A DNA stretch of 64,000 nucleotides, taken from Blastocladiella emersonii ATCC 22665 (lineage: Eukaryota > Fungi > Blastocladiomycota). A program made the translations under genes and the position numbers. Shown here one piece after another: positions 1 to 10,062 of the stretch. The stretch's first letter is position 1. Each line of letters starts with the position of its first letter. The notes beneath the pieces are model-generated. The model saw nothing but the letters and a program-made list of their open reading frames with translations. It made no database searches and was not told the DNA's origin. The DNA lies in NCBI GenBank assembly GCA_025594325.1, contig JANHCV010000001.1, positions 3,348,001 to 3,412,000 of the forward strand, read 5' to 3'.

Positions 1-2037
1 ACCGCGCGCCCACGCGCGTGTCCCGCGAGCGCCGTGGCGACACTTGCGCCGACCGGATGGTGCGCGCCGGGCAACGTCGCGTTGAAAGTACGTCTGACCA
101 TGGGGTCCTGGGACCCGACGCCGATCCCGTACGCGTTGGGCGCCGGGTGCGTGTGTCGCGGCGACACAAGGCGCGGCTGGCGGCTGACGAACACGGCGCG
201 CGCCGCGGCCGCGGGCCCGCGCGGGAGCGGCGACGGCTCGTACTCGCCCGGTCCGGGGCCCTCGGCGGGCACGATGCCCGCGGACCGGTCGCACGGGGTC
301 GCGCCGAGGTCCGGCGCACCGCCTGCGCCGCGCTGCACGCCCAGCCGGCCCTTGGTCCGCAGCGCCGTGTACGCGCCCGCCACGTCGTAGGTCCCCGGCG
401 GCGGGCCCGACGGGTCGCTGCCCGCGAACCGCTCGCGCTGGGTTCCGAACGCCGGCGCGACGGCGCCGTCGGGCCGCGACCGCGAGAACTGGTGCACGGG
501 ACCGACGAGCCGCTTCGACCCCTGCGACCGCTTCCCGGTGCGCGACACGGGCTCGCCCGACGTGTACGTCGCGGGACCGGGCGTCCGTTTCGCGGGCGCG
601 AGCGAGCGCTCCGTCTCGGAGAAGCGCTGCGTCGCGGTCCCGAACGGCGCCGCGGACGCGGGACGGCCGAGCGCCTGCGACTTGCGCAGCAGCGACGTCG
701 CGATCGTGTACTTGCCCGGCCCGGGCGCGTCGGCGCCGGACGAGGTGGTGGTGGTTGTCGTCGTGGGCGTCGTGCCCGAGCGAAGCGGGCTCGACTTGTC
801 CATGAGCTTGCGGTTCTCGGACGAGTTGAACGGCTTCATGGCGACGTGCAGCGGTTTGCGCTGCTTGGTCGCCTCGACAATGTCGTAGGCGCCCGGGCCG
901 GGGATCGAGGCCGGCGGCATCGGGTTGCCCGTCGAGAACGGGTCGGCTGTCGGCGTGATAGACGAGTTGACAGCCTTGGCTACAGGGTTAAGCGTCAGTC
1001 AGCTGACGTCGGCGGCCATGAGCTACGATCACCTACACAGAATCGGTCCCTTCTTGAGATGCGACGCGTGCGCGCGCGGCATATCGTAGCTGCCGGGCCC
1101 CGGAACAGCCTGCCGCTGGGCCTCGTTGATCACATAGTCGCCGAACCGGATGCACCGCGACTCGTGCGACGGGTGCCACTCGGGCTTCTTGTCGCGGAAC
1201 GCCTGCCACGCCGCCGCCACGTTGTAGTTGCCGGGCCCCGGGTTCGCGCCCTCCTTCCACAGCTGCCGCTTGCTCGTCGACTTGGCGAACGAGGTGCCCG
1301 CACTCTCGCGAATGAAGCCGCCGTGCCCGAGGAGCTTGGCGCTGGCCTACACGAGCGAAGGATCGTTAGTGACAACGGCGAGATCCGCGAACGGTGACCG
1401 TACATCGCTGGCGCTCGCGAGCTTGCGCAGAGTCAGGTCACCCGCTACAAACAGCACGAGGTGAGCACATCGTTTCTCGCTTCGGATGCGCTCGATAACG
1501 TACTCGAAGACTCCTCGTAGCCATACGACTGCGCGCCGTACGGGATTGACGGCGGGACAAACTTGCGCTTCCACTGGATCCGCGAGCTGCTCGGCGGCGG
1601 CTCGCGCGTCTGCCGCGTCGCGTACAGGAGCTGGGTCGGGCGGTCGACGACGGTCGTGTCGTACGACCCGGGACCCGGCGCGCGCTGCGCCGGATCAGCG
1701 AACCGCGGTGTCCGCGAGGCGCCGAACGGGACCGCTTTCACGGGCTGGTGGTCCTCAACATCGGCGGGCTCGTAGGTACCCGGCGCGGGGCCCGACCGGC
1801 GGGCCACCTCGTCAAAGTAGCATACTCGCGGGGTGATGCTCGAGAAGGGTGCGGCACTGCATGGAGCGGGTTAGCATCCGCCGGGTGCGTTTTGGACGAC
1901 CAGCTCACATACGCCTGTGGCAGAGTCGACGACGGCAGCACCGTGGCCGTCGGGTCCTCCTGGTAGTAGCCCGGCCCGATGTTCGGGTTCGTGGTGGTCG
2001 TCGGCTCGCTGAAGTGCCGAGCAGTTCGTGAATACAT
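1..2037 (-). CDS. Sperm-tail PG-rich repeat / ODF3(SHIPPO)-like axonemal protein; multi-exon, 3' end beyond the window start
   Basis: ATG at 2037. Spliced frame MYSRTARHF...GPGYY...PQAAAPFSSITPRVCYFDE...GPAPGTYE...APGPGSYD...PGPGNY...PGPGSY, with further PGPG-[A/K/E]Y repeats towards base 1. Several short GT-AG introns, e.g. GTATGT...GCTAAC...CAG. Confidence 0.8.
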
Positions 2038-2177
2038 GGTGTGTGCGTGCTTCAGGTGGTAGCGTTAGGAGGCGGCGGACCAAAAGTTCGTTCAGCCCGC
2101 CGAGTTGCAGCAAGTTTCACGGTGGGATACATGATGTATCACTGGGGTACAGCCCCATCGTTTGGCGAACGGCGCCA

Positions 2178-2223
2178 TGACTCAAAACTGTCTCACAGGA
2201 GCGCGGCTATTCACTTCACGTGA
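2178..2223. promoter_or_regulatory. Candidate TGACTCA (AP-1/Gcn4-type) and TCACGTGA (Cbf1-type) sites in a bidirectional promoter
   Basis: TGACTCA at 2178-2184 and TCACGTGA at 2216-2223, in the ~280-bp gap between the divergent STPG-like and SNARE genes. Motif match only. Confidence 0.3.
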
Positions 2224-2319
2224 TGTGGCGCGGCGCGTCGACCACTTCGTTTGCGGACCGATCGGACGATGTCAAGTTCAGACCGCACGCTCCACTCACA
2301 AGTAGTCCATGATCATCGA

Positions 2320-3291
2320 ATGAAAATGCCCTCGGAACGAGTATGCATCACTTGCTGCAATTTCCGTGTTCGTGTGCCAACAGCCTGTTCGTCTAGGACC
2401 GTCTCCTTGCCCGCCACTTTGGCACGTCGGACGACACACGTCCTCTACTCTCCAACGCGGAGACCGAAAATGAAGCCGATGGCGACGACGACCTCGGCCA
2501 TGACGCTAACGGGTTCCCGACGCGGCTGCCGTCGCCGTCCAAGGTCCGCGCCGCGTTCCGCCCACGGGCTCGACCTGTAACCCCGCCGCGCTCGCCCGCG
2601 TCACTCGCCGTCAACTCGCCGCCGCAGCCTCGCATGAGCTCGGTGAGCACCCCCGCCCGCTCGCGCCAGCCCACGTCTGGATCCGTCGACGCGACCTCCT
2701 CGCCGTCCAAGAAGCGCAACGGCGGCGCCATGTTCGAAGGGTCGATTCCGCCCCCGCTCCCACCACGCCGACCAGCCTCGCCATCCCCCGCGTCGCTGCA
2801 CGTCAACTACGGGACCATGCGCGACCACCACGCCGGCGACGAGGCCAAGAGCGACTTCCTGCGTCCAGACAGCCCGCAGCGCGAGCGGATGCGGTCGCTG
2901 CAGTCGGACCTCGACTCGATCCGCGACACAGCGCACAACGCGATCGGGAGTCTACTGGAGCGCGGCGAGGGGCTGACCGAGATCCAGCGTCGGAGCGGTA
3001 CGCGTTGCTCGGACTTCGCATCATGGAACAGAGCACTCATGCCCACGCATCGTACTGTAGCCGTTCTGATCGAGTCGACCAACGTGTTCCGAGTACGACT
3101 ACTGCGGATCTTTTACGACTGTCGAGCACGCTGCTGACACCTGCGCCTGCGTGTAGAGACGCGCTCAAGAACGCGTCGAAGTCGCTCGCGCCCAGTGGCG
3201 CTACCACCACTTCATGTACGGCGTCGTGGTACTTGTCGTCCTGTTTGTGGTGATCTGCTTTATCTCGTGGCTCAGCCGGCAACCGTTCTGA
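2320..3291 (+). CDS. Synaptobrevin/VAMP-family R-SNARE with C-terminal transmembrane helix
   Basis: Introns 2341-2396, 2998-3060 and 3093-3156 join to ...AHNAIGSLLERGEGLTEIQRRSAVLIESTNVFRRRAQERVEVARAQWRYHHFMYGVVVLVVLFVVICFISWLSRQPF*. Start is 2320 or 2326. Confidence 0.8.
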
Positions 3292-3475
3292 TTGCGTGGT
3301 TGAGCAATATACGACTTTGAACTCGGTTGATCACTGGGCAAGAGGTCGAGGTGGCCATGGACCATGGCCATGGTCGCGTCCATCAAGTTCACGGACACGC
3401 TCGATTTTGTACAACTTTACGTGTTCCACTGCCCAACAACTCCTTCGTGAACACAGCACAACCAATCCAACCAGC

Positions 3476-5279
3476 TTACAGCTTGTTCTCGCGCTTGCCG
3501 GTCCAGGTAGCGACGCCCGAGCGCTTCGAGAACGGGTGCTTGATCGAGTGCGTCTTGATCTCGTCCGTCGGCGGGCGGTGGTCGATCGAGACATAGTTGC
3601 GCTTGCCTTCGCCGACGTAGACCTGGCGCGGGCGCCAGATGCGCGCCTCGGGGTCGTCGAGCGACTCCGACCAGTGCGCGAGCCAGCCCGACACGCGCGG
3701 GATCGCGAACAGGACCGGGAAGAAGTCGGTTGGGAAGCCCATGGCCGAGTACTAGTCGAGACGCGTTGCGCGGTCAGTGAGGAACGTGGTGGCACGGTTT
3801 CAGAAGCGGTGGAGCCACATGACGCGCGGATCGGGTCCCCACGACACGTCAAAACGCGCCCGAAGCTTCCCAAACTCCGCGGCCACGGTCCCAATCGCCA
3901 GGAGATCGAAGAAACGCACGATGATGCCGCTGTAGAAGTCGAGATTGGGAGCAAGCTTGCGCTTGATGAAGTACTCGTCGGCCATGGCGTGCTTCTCGAG
4001 TGCGACGGCGATGTCGATGAGCGGGTTGTACCCGACCACCTCGAAGACGTCGTAGGCGAGGCGGCGGATGATGTTGGCGCGCGGGTCCGTGGTCTTGTAG
4101 ATCCGGTGCCTATTGTGCGCGATGGGATATCGTGTGAGTGGTGTGTACGTGCTGGCCGGAGCCCGCGCGCGTGCCGCGGCGACAGGATACGTACCCAAAA
4201 CCGAAGAGCTTGGTCTCGCGGCGCTTGACCGACTCGATGAAGGCGGGGACCTTGTCGACGGACCCGATCGACTCGAGCATGCGGACGACGGCCTCGTTGG
4301 CGCCGCCGTGGAGCGGGCCGTAGAGGGCCGCCGCGGCGCCGGCGACGGCGCTGTACGGGTCGACGAGCGTCGAGCCGAGGTGGCGCATGGCGGCGGTCGA
4401 CGCGTTGAGCTCGTGGTCGGCGTGCAGGATGAAAAGCACGTCGAGGGCCTTGGCGAGCTTCGGGTTCGGGCGGTAGCCGGGCTGGCCGAGGCAGTCCATC
4501 ATGTACAGGAGGTTCTCAGTGTACGACAGGCCCTCGAGCGGCTTGTTGTACGGGCGGCCGATGCGGTTGCGGTACGCCATGGCGGCGATGGTCGTCATGC
4601 GGCCGAGGATGCGGAAGATGACCTTGTTGCGGAGGGCCTTGTCGCGCACGTAGATGTCGCTGCCGGCGAGCGCCGGGTTGCCGGCCGGGTCAAAGGTCGA
4701 CATGGCGGCCATAGTCGCGATGACCATGCCCATCGGGTGGGCGTCGTAGTTGAAGGACTTGACGAGGTCGGCGAGCTTCTCGTGGACAAAGGTGTGGTGC
4801 AGGACCTCGTGCTCGAACAGGTCAAACTGCTTGCGCGACGGCAGCTCGCCGTAGATGAGCAGGTACGCGCACTCGAGAAACGACGACTTCTCGGCGAGCT
4901 CCTCGATCGGGTAGCCGCGGTACTGCAGGATGCCCTTCTCGCCGTCAATCTCGCAGATCTTGGACCGCGTCACGGCCGTGTTGAGGTAGCCCGCGTCGTA
5001 GACGCGCAGGCCCATCTGCGAGAAGGCCTTGGCCTCGACGGTGCCGTTGGCGACGGGCAGCGTGTACACCTTGTTGGTGCGGTTGTCGAGCACCGTGAGC
5101 GTCTCGGCGTTGCCGCCCGACGGCAGCACCACGAACGCCGAGTGCGACGGGCCCGCCGACACGCCCGACGCGGGCGCCGGCGTCGACAGCGTCCACGACG
5201 TCTTGGACGCCGGGTCCGTCACGACGAGCTGGTGGGCGGCCTCGGCCGCCTTCTTGTCCTTGGTCTGCGGCTGGCCCAT
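3476..5279 (-). CDS. Citrate synthase, bacterial/plant-peroxisomal-like (GltA/CSY) type; 2 introns
   Basis: Motifs DGEKGILQYRGYPIEELA, HADHELNASTAA, GPLHGGANEAV, GFGHRIYK (across the intron near 4111-4192) and PNLDFYSGII...AMGFPTDFFPVLFAIPRVSGWLAHW. Ends in NKL*. Confidence 0.93.
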
Positions 5280-5285
5280 GATGTT

Positions 5286-5295
5286 GATACGTTGC
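5286..5295 (-). promoter_or_regulatory. Recurrent leader motif GCAACGTATC, 6 nt upstream of the citrate synthase ATG
   Basis: Seen directly; see finding on this motif. Confidence 0.55.
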
Positions 5296-5781
5296 GGGAT
5301 GCAGTCCTTGGGGAGGGAGAGAGAGGATGAGCGGCGCGCGATGTTGGGGTGGGGCTCTCGCCGACTTCAACGCGAACCGTGGCGCTGGTCCCGCGTCGGC
5401 CGAGCCCATGGATCGCGTTGAAAACGGGACGCGTTCGTTGCATCACTCAGGGGATCCTCTCTTTGAACCATGATCCTCTCGAGAGGGTCAAAGATCTTTG
5501 AACCATGAAGCACACGTCCACAAGCTCATTCTACGCGAGGCCACAGAGCTCGTCGGCCGTGACCAGCTCACGAAAGGACGCGAGTCGGTTGGGCTAGCAG
5601 TGATCGCGGTCTTGTCCATCACCACGACGATCAGGTCGTTCTTCCGTCGGAGTGCCAAGTCGCAGCGGCGCAGAATGGGTTCAGATCAAGGACAGGGAGG
5701 GATGAGGGAACAAAAGCGGGAGCAGGGGAGTCGGGACGGGTATAGTTGAAGAGGCAGTCAAGCGCGAGCCGAGCCGCAGAA

Positions 5782-6502
5782 TCAAGACGAGGGGTTGGAC
5801 GCGCCGAGCGTGTTCTGGAGGTGCAGCTGGATCGTGCCAAAGGGGTCGTTTTGGTACGCGTCGTGGTTGAGGACGGCCTTGAAGCGGACGGCCTCGTCCT
5901 TCCTAGATGGCGGCAAGAGAGCCGGGCGTCAGCTGCGTGTCGCATGACCGTGAGAGCGAACCAATAACACGTACATCTTGTTGTGGCGGGCGCGACGCGA
6001 CTTGACCTGGACGGGGGCGCCGGGCTTGGGCGCCGCCTTGGCGGGGACCTCCGGAGCAGCGAGCGCCGCCGCGGCCTCGGCCATCTCGCGGGCGGCGGCC
6101 AGCTTGGACTTGGACAGCTCGTCGCGCATGTCCATGCCGAGCGAGAGCAGCGGCTTGTCCTTGATGGCGTCGCGCGCCTGCTGATACTTGTGCGTGCTCA
6201 GCTCTGTTTACGAGGGAAGCGCGCGTCAGGATCGAGGCCACGCTCGTTGGGGGAGGCGACGACGCAAACGTACTCTCGAGGAACCTTTGCCGCCGCTCCT
6301 GCATGCGGCCCTTCTTGGAGAGGCGCTCGGGCTTGGACACGGTCTCGGCATCGATCGAGACGGCGGCCGCGATCGCAGCGGGCAGGACCGCAGCGGGCGC
6401 CTCGGTGGCGACCGGGGACGCGGCGGCCGTGGCAGCGGGCGACGGCTGCTTGCGCAGCGGCGCGGCGGATACATGAGAGCGGGTGCGGCCGGCCTTGGGC
6501 AT
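5782..6502 (-). CDS. SLX9: Slx9/FAM207A-like ribosome biogenesis protein; 2 introns
   Basis: MPKAGRTRSH...LSKKGRMQERRQRFLE...MKDEAVRFKAVLNHDAYQNDPFGTIQLHLQNTL, matching the Slx9 C-terminal pattern. Confidence 0.7.
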
Positions 6503-6508
6503 GGTGTA

Positions 6509-6518
6509 GATACGTTGC
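6509..6518 (-). promoter_or_regulatory. Recurrent leader motif GCAACGTATC, 6 nt upstream of the SLX9-like ATG
   Basis: Seen directly. Confidence 0.55.
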
Positions 6519-6811
6519 GGTAGGGGTCGTTGGTAACTCACGATCGAAGGGATCAGGTAGGGCCGCGATGGTGACGGCGGCCCCGGCTCGACGGTGGCGC
6601 ACATTACATGTATTCCAGGTCACCCAGCCCCACATGATCGGTCGCCGCGTGAACGACGCGAACGAATCGAGTGATGCAAGCGCCTTTATCACGCGTCGCT
6701 CGCGGTTCCGACCAGGGGGACTAAATGGTTCCCTTGGTTCCGACCATGCCGAATCTCGCGTCGCCGCTCTCTCGCTCTCTTCGCTCTCGCGCGCGACGAA
6801 TCCCGCACATC

Positions 6812-6821
6812 GCAACGTATT
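6812..6821 (+). promoter_or_regulatory. Recurrent leader motif GCAACGTATT, 6 nt upstream of the ECH ATG
   Basis: Seen directly. Confidence 0.5.
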
Positions 6822-6827
6822 CGCACC

Positions 6828-7691
6828 ATGGCATCGAACACCCCGACGACGGCCGACTCCAAGCAGACGTTCGGGACGGGCGGCGGCGCCGACCAGTCGC
6901 AGCCACTGGTGCTCCTTGAGCGGCGCGACGCCATCTTCACGCTGACCATGAACGGGATGCCCGACAACCGGTTCAACCCGGCGTTCGTGGACGCGGTGAA
7001 CGCGGCGCTCGACGTGGTCGAGGACTACGCGCTGCCCGCCAAGGGCCGCCCGCGCGCGTGCGCGCTCATCACGGCGTCGGCGTCGGCCAAGTTCTACAGC
7101 AACGGGCTCGACGTGCTGTACCTGTTCGAGAGCGGCGACACGTGGTTCATCTCGGACCGTTACCTCGCCCTGCTCAAGCGCATGCTCCTGTTCCCCGTCA
7201 TCACGGTCGCCGCTATCAACGGGCACTGCTTTGCCGGCGGCCTGCTGTTCGCGCTGTGGTACGTTTCCGCACCTGCTCACGGCCTGCGCTCGAACATTCA
7301 CATCCCGACGCGTAGCCACGACTACCGCGTCGCGCGCACCGACCGCGCGCTCATGTCGCTCAACGAGATCGACCTGCCGTCGTCGCTGCACCCCGGCATG
7401 GCCGCGATCGCGCGCGCGCGCCTGCCACCCACGACGCTGCACCCGCTCGTGTTCGCCGCCAAGCGGTACGGCGGCGCCGAGGCCCAAGCTGCCGGCCTGA
7501 TCGACGCGCACGCGCCGGCCGACACGCTCATGCAGGTCGCAGGCGAGTGGGCGGCCAAGGGCGCGCCCAAGGTGGCCCGCGCCGGGCCCATCGTCAGCCA
7601 GCTCAAGGCCGTGTGCTACGACGAGGTCGTCAACGCCCTCGGACTGCGCGCTGAGATCGACGTGCGCGAGTTCATGCGCCCCAAGATGTGA
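6828..7691 (+). CDS. Enoyl-CoA hydratase/isomerase (crotonase) family protein, delta3,delta2-enoyl-CoA isomerase-like
   Basis: DNRFNP, KFYSNGLD, PVITVAAINGHCFAGGLLFALCHDYR (intron 7259-7315), LNEIDL. Ends in PKM*. Confidence 0.88.
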   Translation: MASNTPTTADSKQTFGTGGGADQSQPLVLLERRDAIFTLTMNGMPDNRFNPAFVDAVNAALDVVEDYALPAKGRPRACALITASASAKFYSNGLDVLYLFESGDTWFISDRYLALLKRMLLFPVITVAAINGHCFAGGLLFALWYVSAPAHGLRSNIHIPTRSHDYRVARTDRALMSLNEIDLPSSLHPGMAAIARARLPPTTLHPLVFAAKRYGGAEAQAAGLIDAHAPADTLMQVAGEWAAKGAPKVARAGPIVSQLKAVCYDEVVNALGLRAEIDVREFMRPKM

Positions 7692-8034
7692 GGAAGTGTG
7701 CGAGTGATGGAAGAGCAGCGCGGCGAGTCTCGCGGGATCGCCGCAGAATTTAAGGACATGTTTTGCTGATCATTCCCGTCCGCGTCCTTGTCGGTGACCG
7801 TGGCCATGGACTTAGTCGTGATGCGTAAGACTTCACGCCCATGACGACCACAAGCAAACGACATGAAAGAAGCAACTCAAACCATGGCTGGGCCACACTC
7901 AAAAACACTCAGAGAGACAACAAATTGATAGACACGAGGTGTATTGGCTCGATCGAGCAGTGACAGGAACAGGTCCGAGGGCGACTGCGGCCGGAAACGA
8001 CTCGACGAGGAACTTGAGCGTTGGCGCGCAAGAC

Positions 8035-9320
8035 TTACAGACCAACGAGGGCACCGGCGTTGGACGACTCGCTAGAGGGGGGAGAAGAGCAGGGGCGGGT
8101 CAGTGACATGTTCCTGGGTCGACAACCAGTATCAGGTACGAATATCGACGCTGCCCGAGCACCACGAGGGGTGCTCGAGGCAGGTCGGACCCGAGCACTG
8201 TTGCAGTTCCCATGTCGCGACAGCGCGCCGGTGCACCGCCAGTCCACGAGGGACGCGGCGGGCACCGACGGGGGATTCGCTCGGTCACGATGTCGCAAGC
8301 CCGGGTATCACCCGCGGGCGTGGAGCAAACATCGGAGACACTAGCCACCCAGCCGCGGAAGTCGAGCGACGACCGCGGCCCACTGCACGACAAGCCACCG
8401 CGGGCTCACGAGGAGACACCGGGCAGGATGCGCACGGGGAGCATGAGGCACGGCGAAGATACGTACTACTTCCAGGTGGGGGCGAGCTGACCGGCCTGCT
8501 TGTAGTAGCGGGCGAGGCGGTGGATACGCGACTCGATGAGAATGAGGCGGAACTTGGAGTCGCGGTCCTTGCGGTTGCGCTCCATGTGCTTGCGGACGGC
8601 GACGGCCTTCTTGATGAGGTGGTACAGGTCCTCGGGGATCTCGGGGGCAAGACCTGGAGACGGTGCGCGCAGACGAGTCAGCGGACCGTTCCTTGCGTGG
8701 GTTGGGCGGGCGGGCATACGGCCAGGAGCACACGGGACACGAGCAGCGGGGAAGAGGGAGGACGAGGTCGCGTCGAGGGACGAGAAAGGGAGAGGCGGGC
8801 GGCGATCCAGGTTCCACGAGGGAATAGGGATGCGGAATCAGATCGAAAAGGTATTATCAACGGGAGTCGGATACACCGACGGATTCATCAACACGGACCA
8901 AATTGTGTGTAAGTTGATCATCAGGTTAACGCGCCCCGCTAGGGGGCTCGCCACCCAAGTCTCTCCTCGACGCACTCTTTGCGAACCGGTCAAGTCCTCC
9001 TTCTCCTCCTCGAGCAGGTGCGTGGGTGTGTGTGCTCCATGGGCGGCGGCGAGTGCGAGCGCAGAGAGAAGAGGGGAAGGCGTACCGTTCGACTTGAGGA
9101 TACGGAGGATCTTGTTACCGGTGATGTTCTTGACCTGGGGCACGCCGTGCGAGTCGCGGAGGACGACACCGATCTGCGACGGGGTCATACCCTTCTTGGC
9201 GAACTTGCAGATGGACTCGACGACCTTCTGGGGGGTGGTCTTGCACCACGACGGGGGCGAGCGACGGTAGGGGAGGGCCGAAGCCGAGATACCCTTGCCA
9301 GGAGCGTGCATGCGACCCAT
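8035..9320 (-). CDS. RPS13: 40S ribosomal protein S13 (uS15)
   Basis: [20 protein letters not shown]...[17 protein letters not shown]...[23 protein letters not shown]...[15 protein letters not shown]...[14 protein letters not shown]. Long introns 8654-9085 and 8072-8466; probable 5'UTR intron ending just before the ATG. Confidence 0.96.
8834..8928 (-). ncRNA. Intronic box C/D snoRNA, U18/SNORD18-like
   Basis: Sense strand: C box TGATGA (8918-8923), guide TTGGTCCGTGTT (8890-8901) complementary to conserved LSU rRNA AACACGGACCAA, D' ATGA (8885-8888), C'-like TGATAA, D box CTGA (8838-8841). An AT-rich island inside a 432-nt intron. Confidence 0.85.
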
Positions 9321-10062
9321 GTCTGGAAAAGGCGATGGAGGGGAGTGGGTGAGCGACCGAGTCGGTGGAAAGTGGGTCGCCGATCACTCGGGCCACGCCA
9401 TGACCGTGGCGGCGGTGCGAGCCGTGGTGGCGTCGTGGCCGGCTGCGGCGGCGGCGAGGCGCAGGCCCGAGTGATGGTCGATGGGCGTCGTCGAGGGCGC
9501 GAGGCGTACTGGAAGATGTGTGGGGGTTACTGGAACGAGTGCGAGTCGTCAAGAGCCAGCTGTGGGAGAGGGGGATCAGAGAAATGCGAGCCCGTGCGCT
9601 CAAAAGGCGGGCCGCCCGGGCAACGCCGCGCACCTCCCGAAACCGGTTGCTAGCTTGCATCGCGTGATCTCACATGCGCCGTTGTTCCATCACGTTTTTG
9701 CTGCGTTCGCGACGGCGTTTCAGGTTTCGCGAGCCGCAGCAAGTGAGGCGTCGGGCGTTGCGCCACAGCAACAATCGTCGCCCTTCGTCGCGGCCACGGT
9801 GGCGAAGTGACGTGGTCGGATTGCCATCTTAACGCGCTCAGGGATGAGGATGGCGATGCGCTCAATCAAGTCGGTCAGGAGTCAGGGACGAATGCAGCGT
9901 CGACGCGAGTTTCAGGAACGGATCAGCCGTGATCCCGACGATGGGGCGAGGCAGATAGAGAGACGATATCAAGTGTTTATGTGCATTTGGCGTGTATGGC
10001 GGGGGGATACGATGTGGACAAAAAGCTGGACTCATCGCGCAGCGAGCGATCCCGATCTCCAC

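Noticed and set aside
2103-2113. GTTGCAGCAAG as an RFX X-box for the flagellar STPG-like gene
   Set aside because: Spacing and the right half-site deviate from GTNRCC(N0-3)RGYAAC; too weak.
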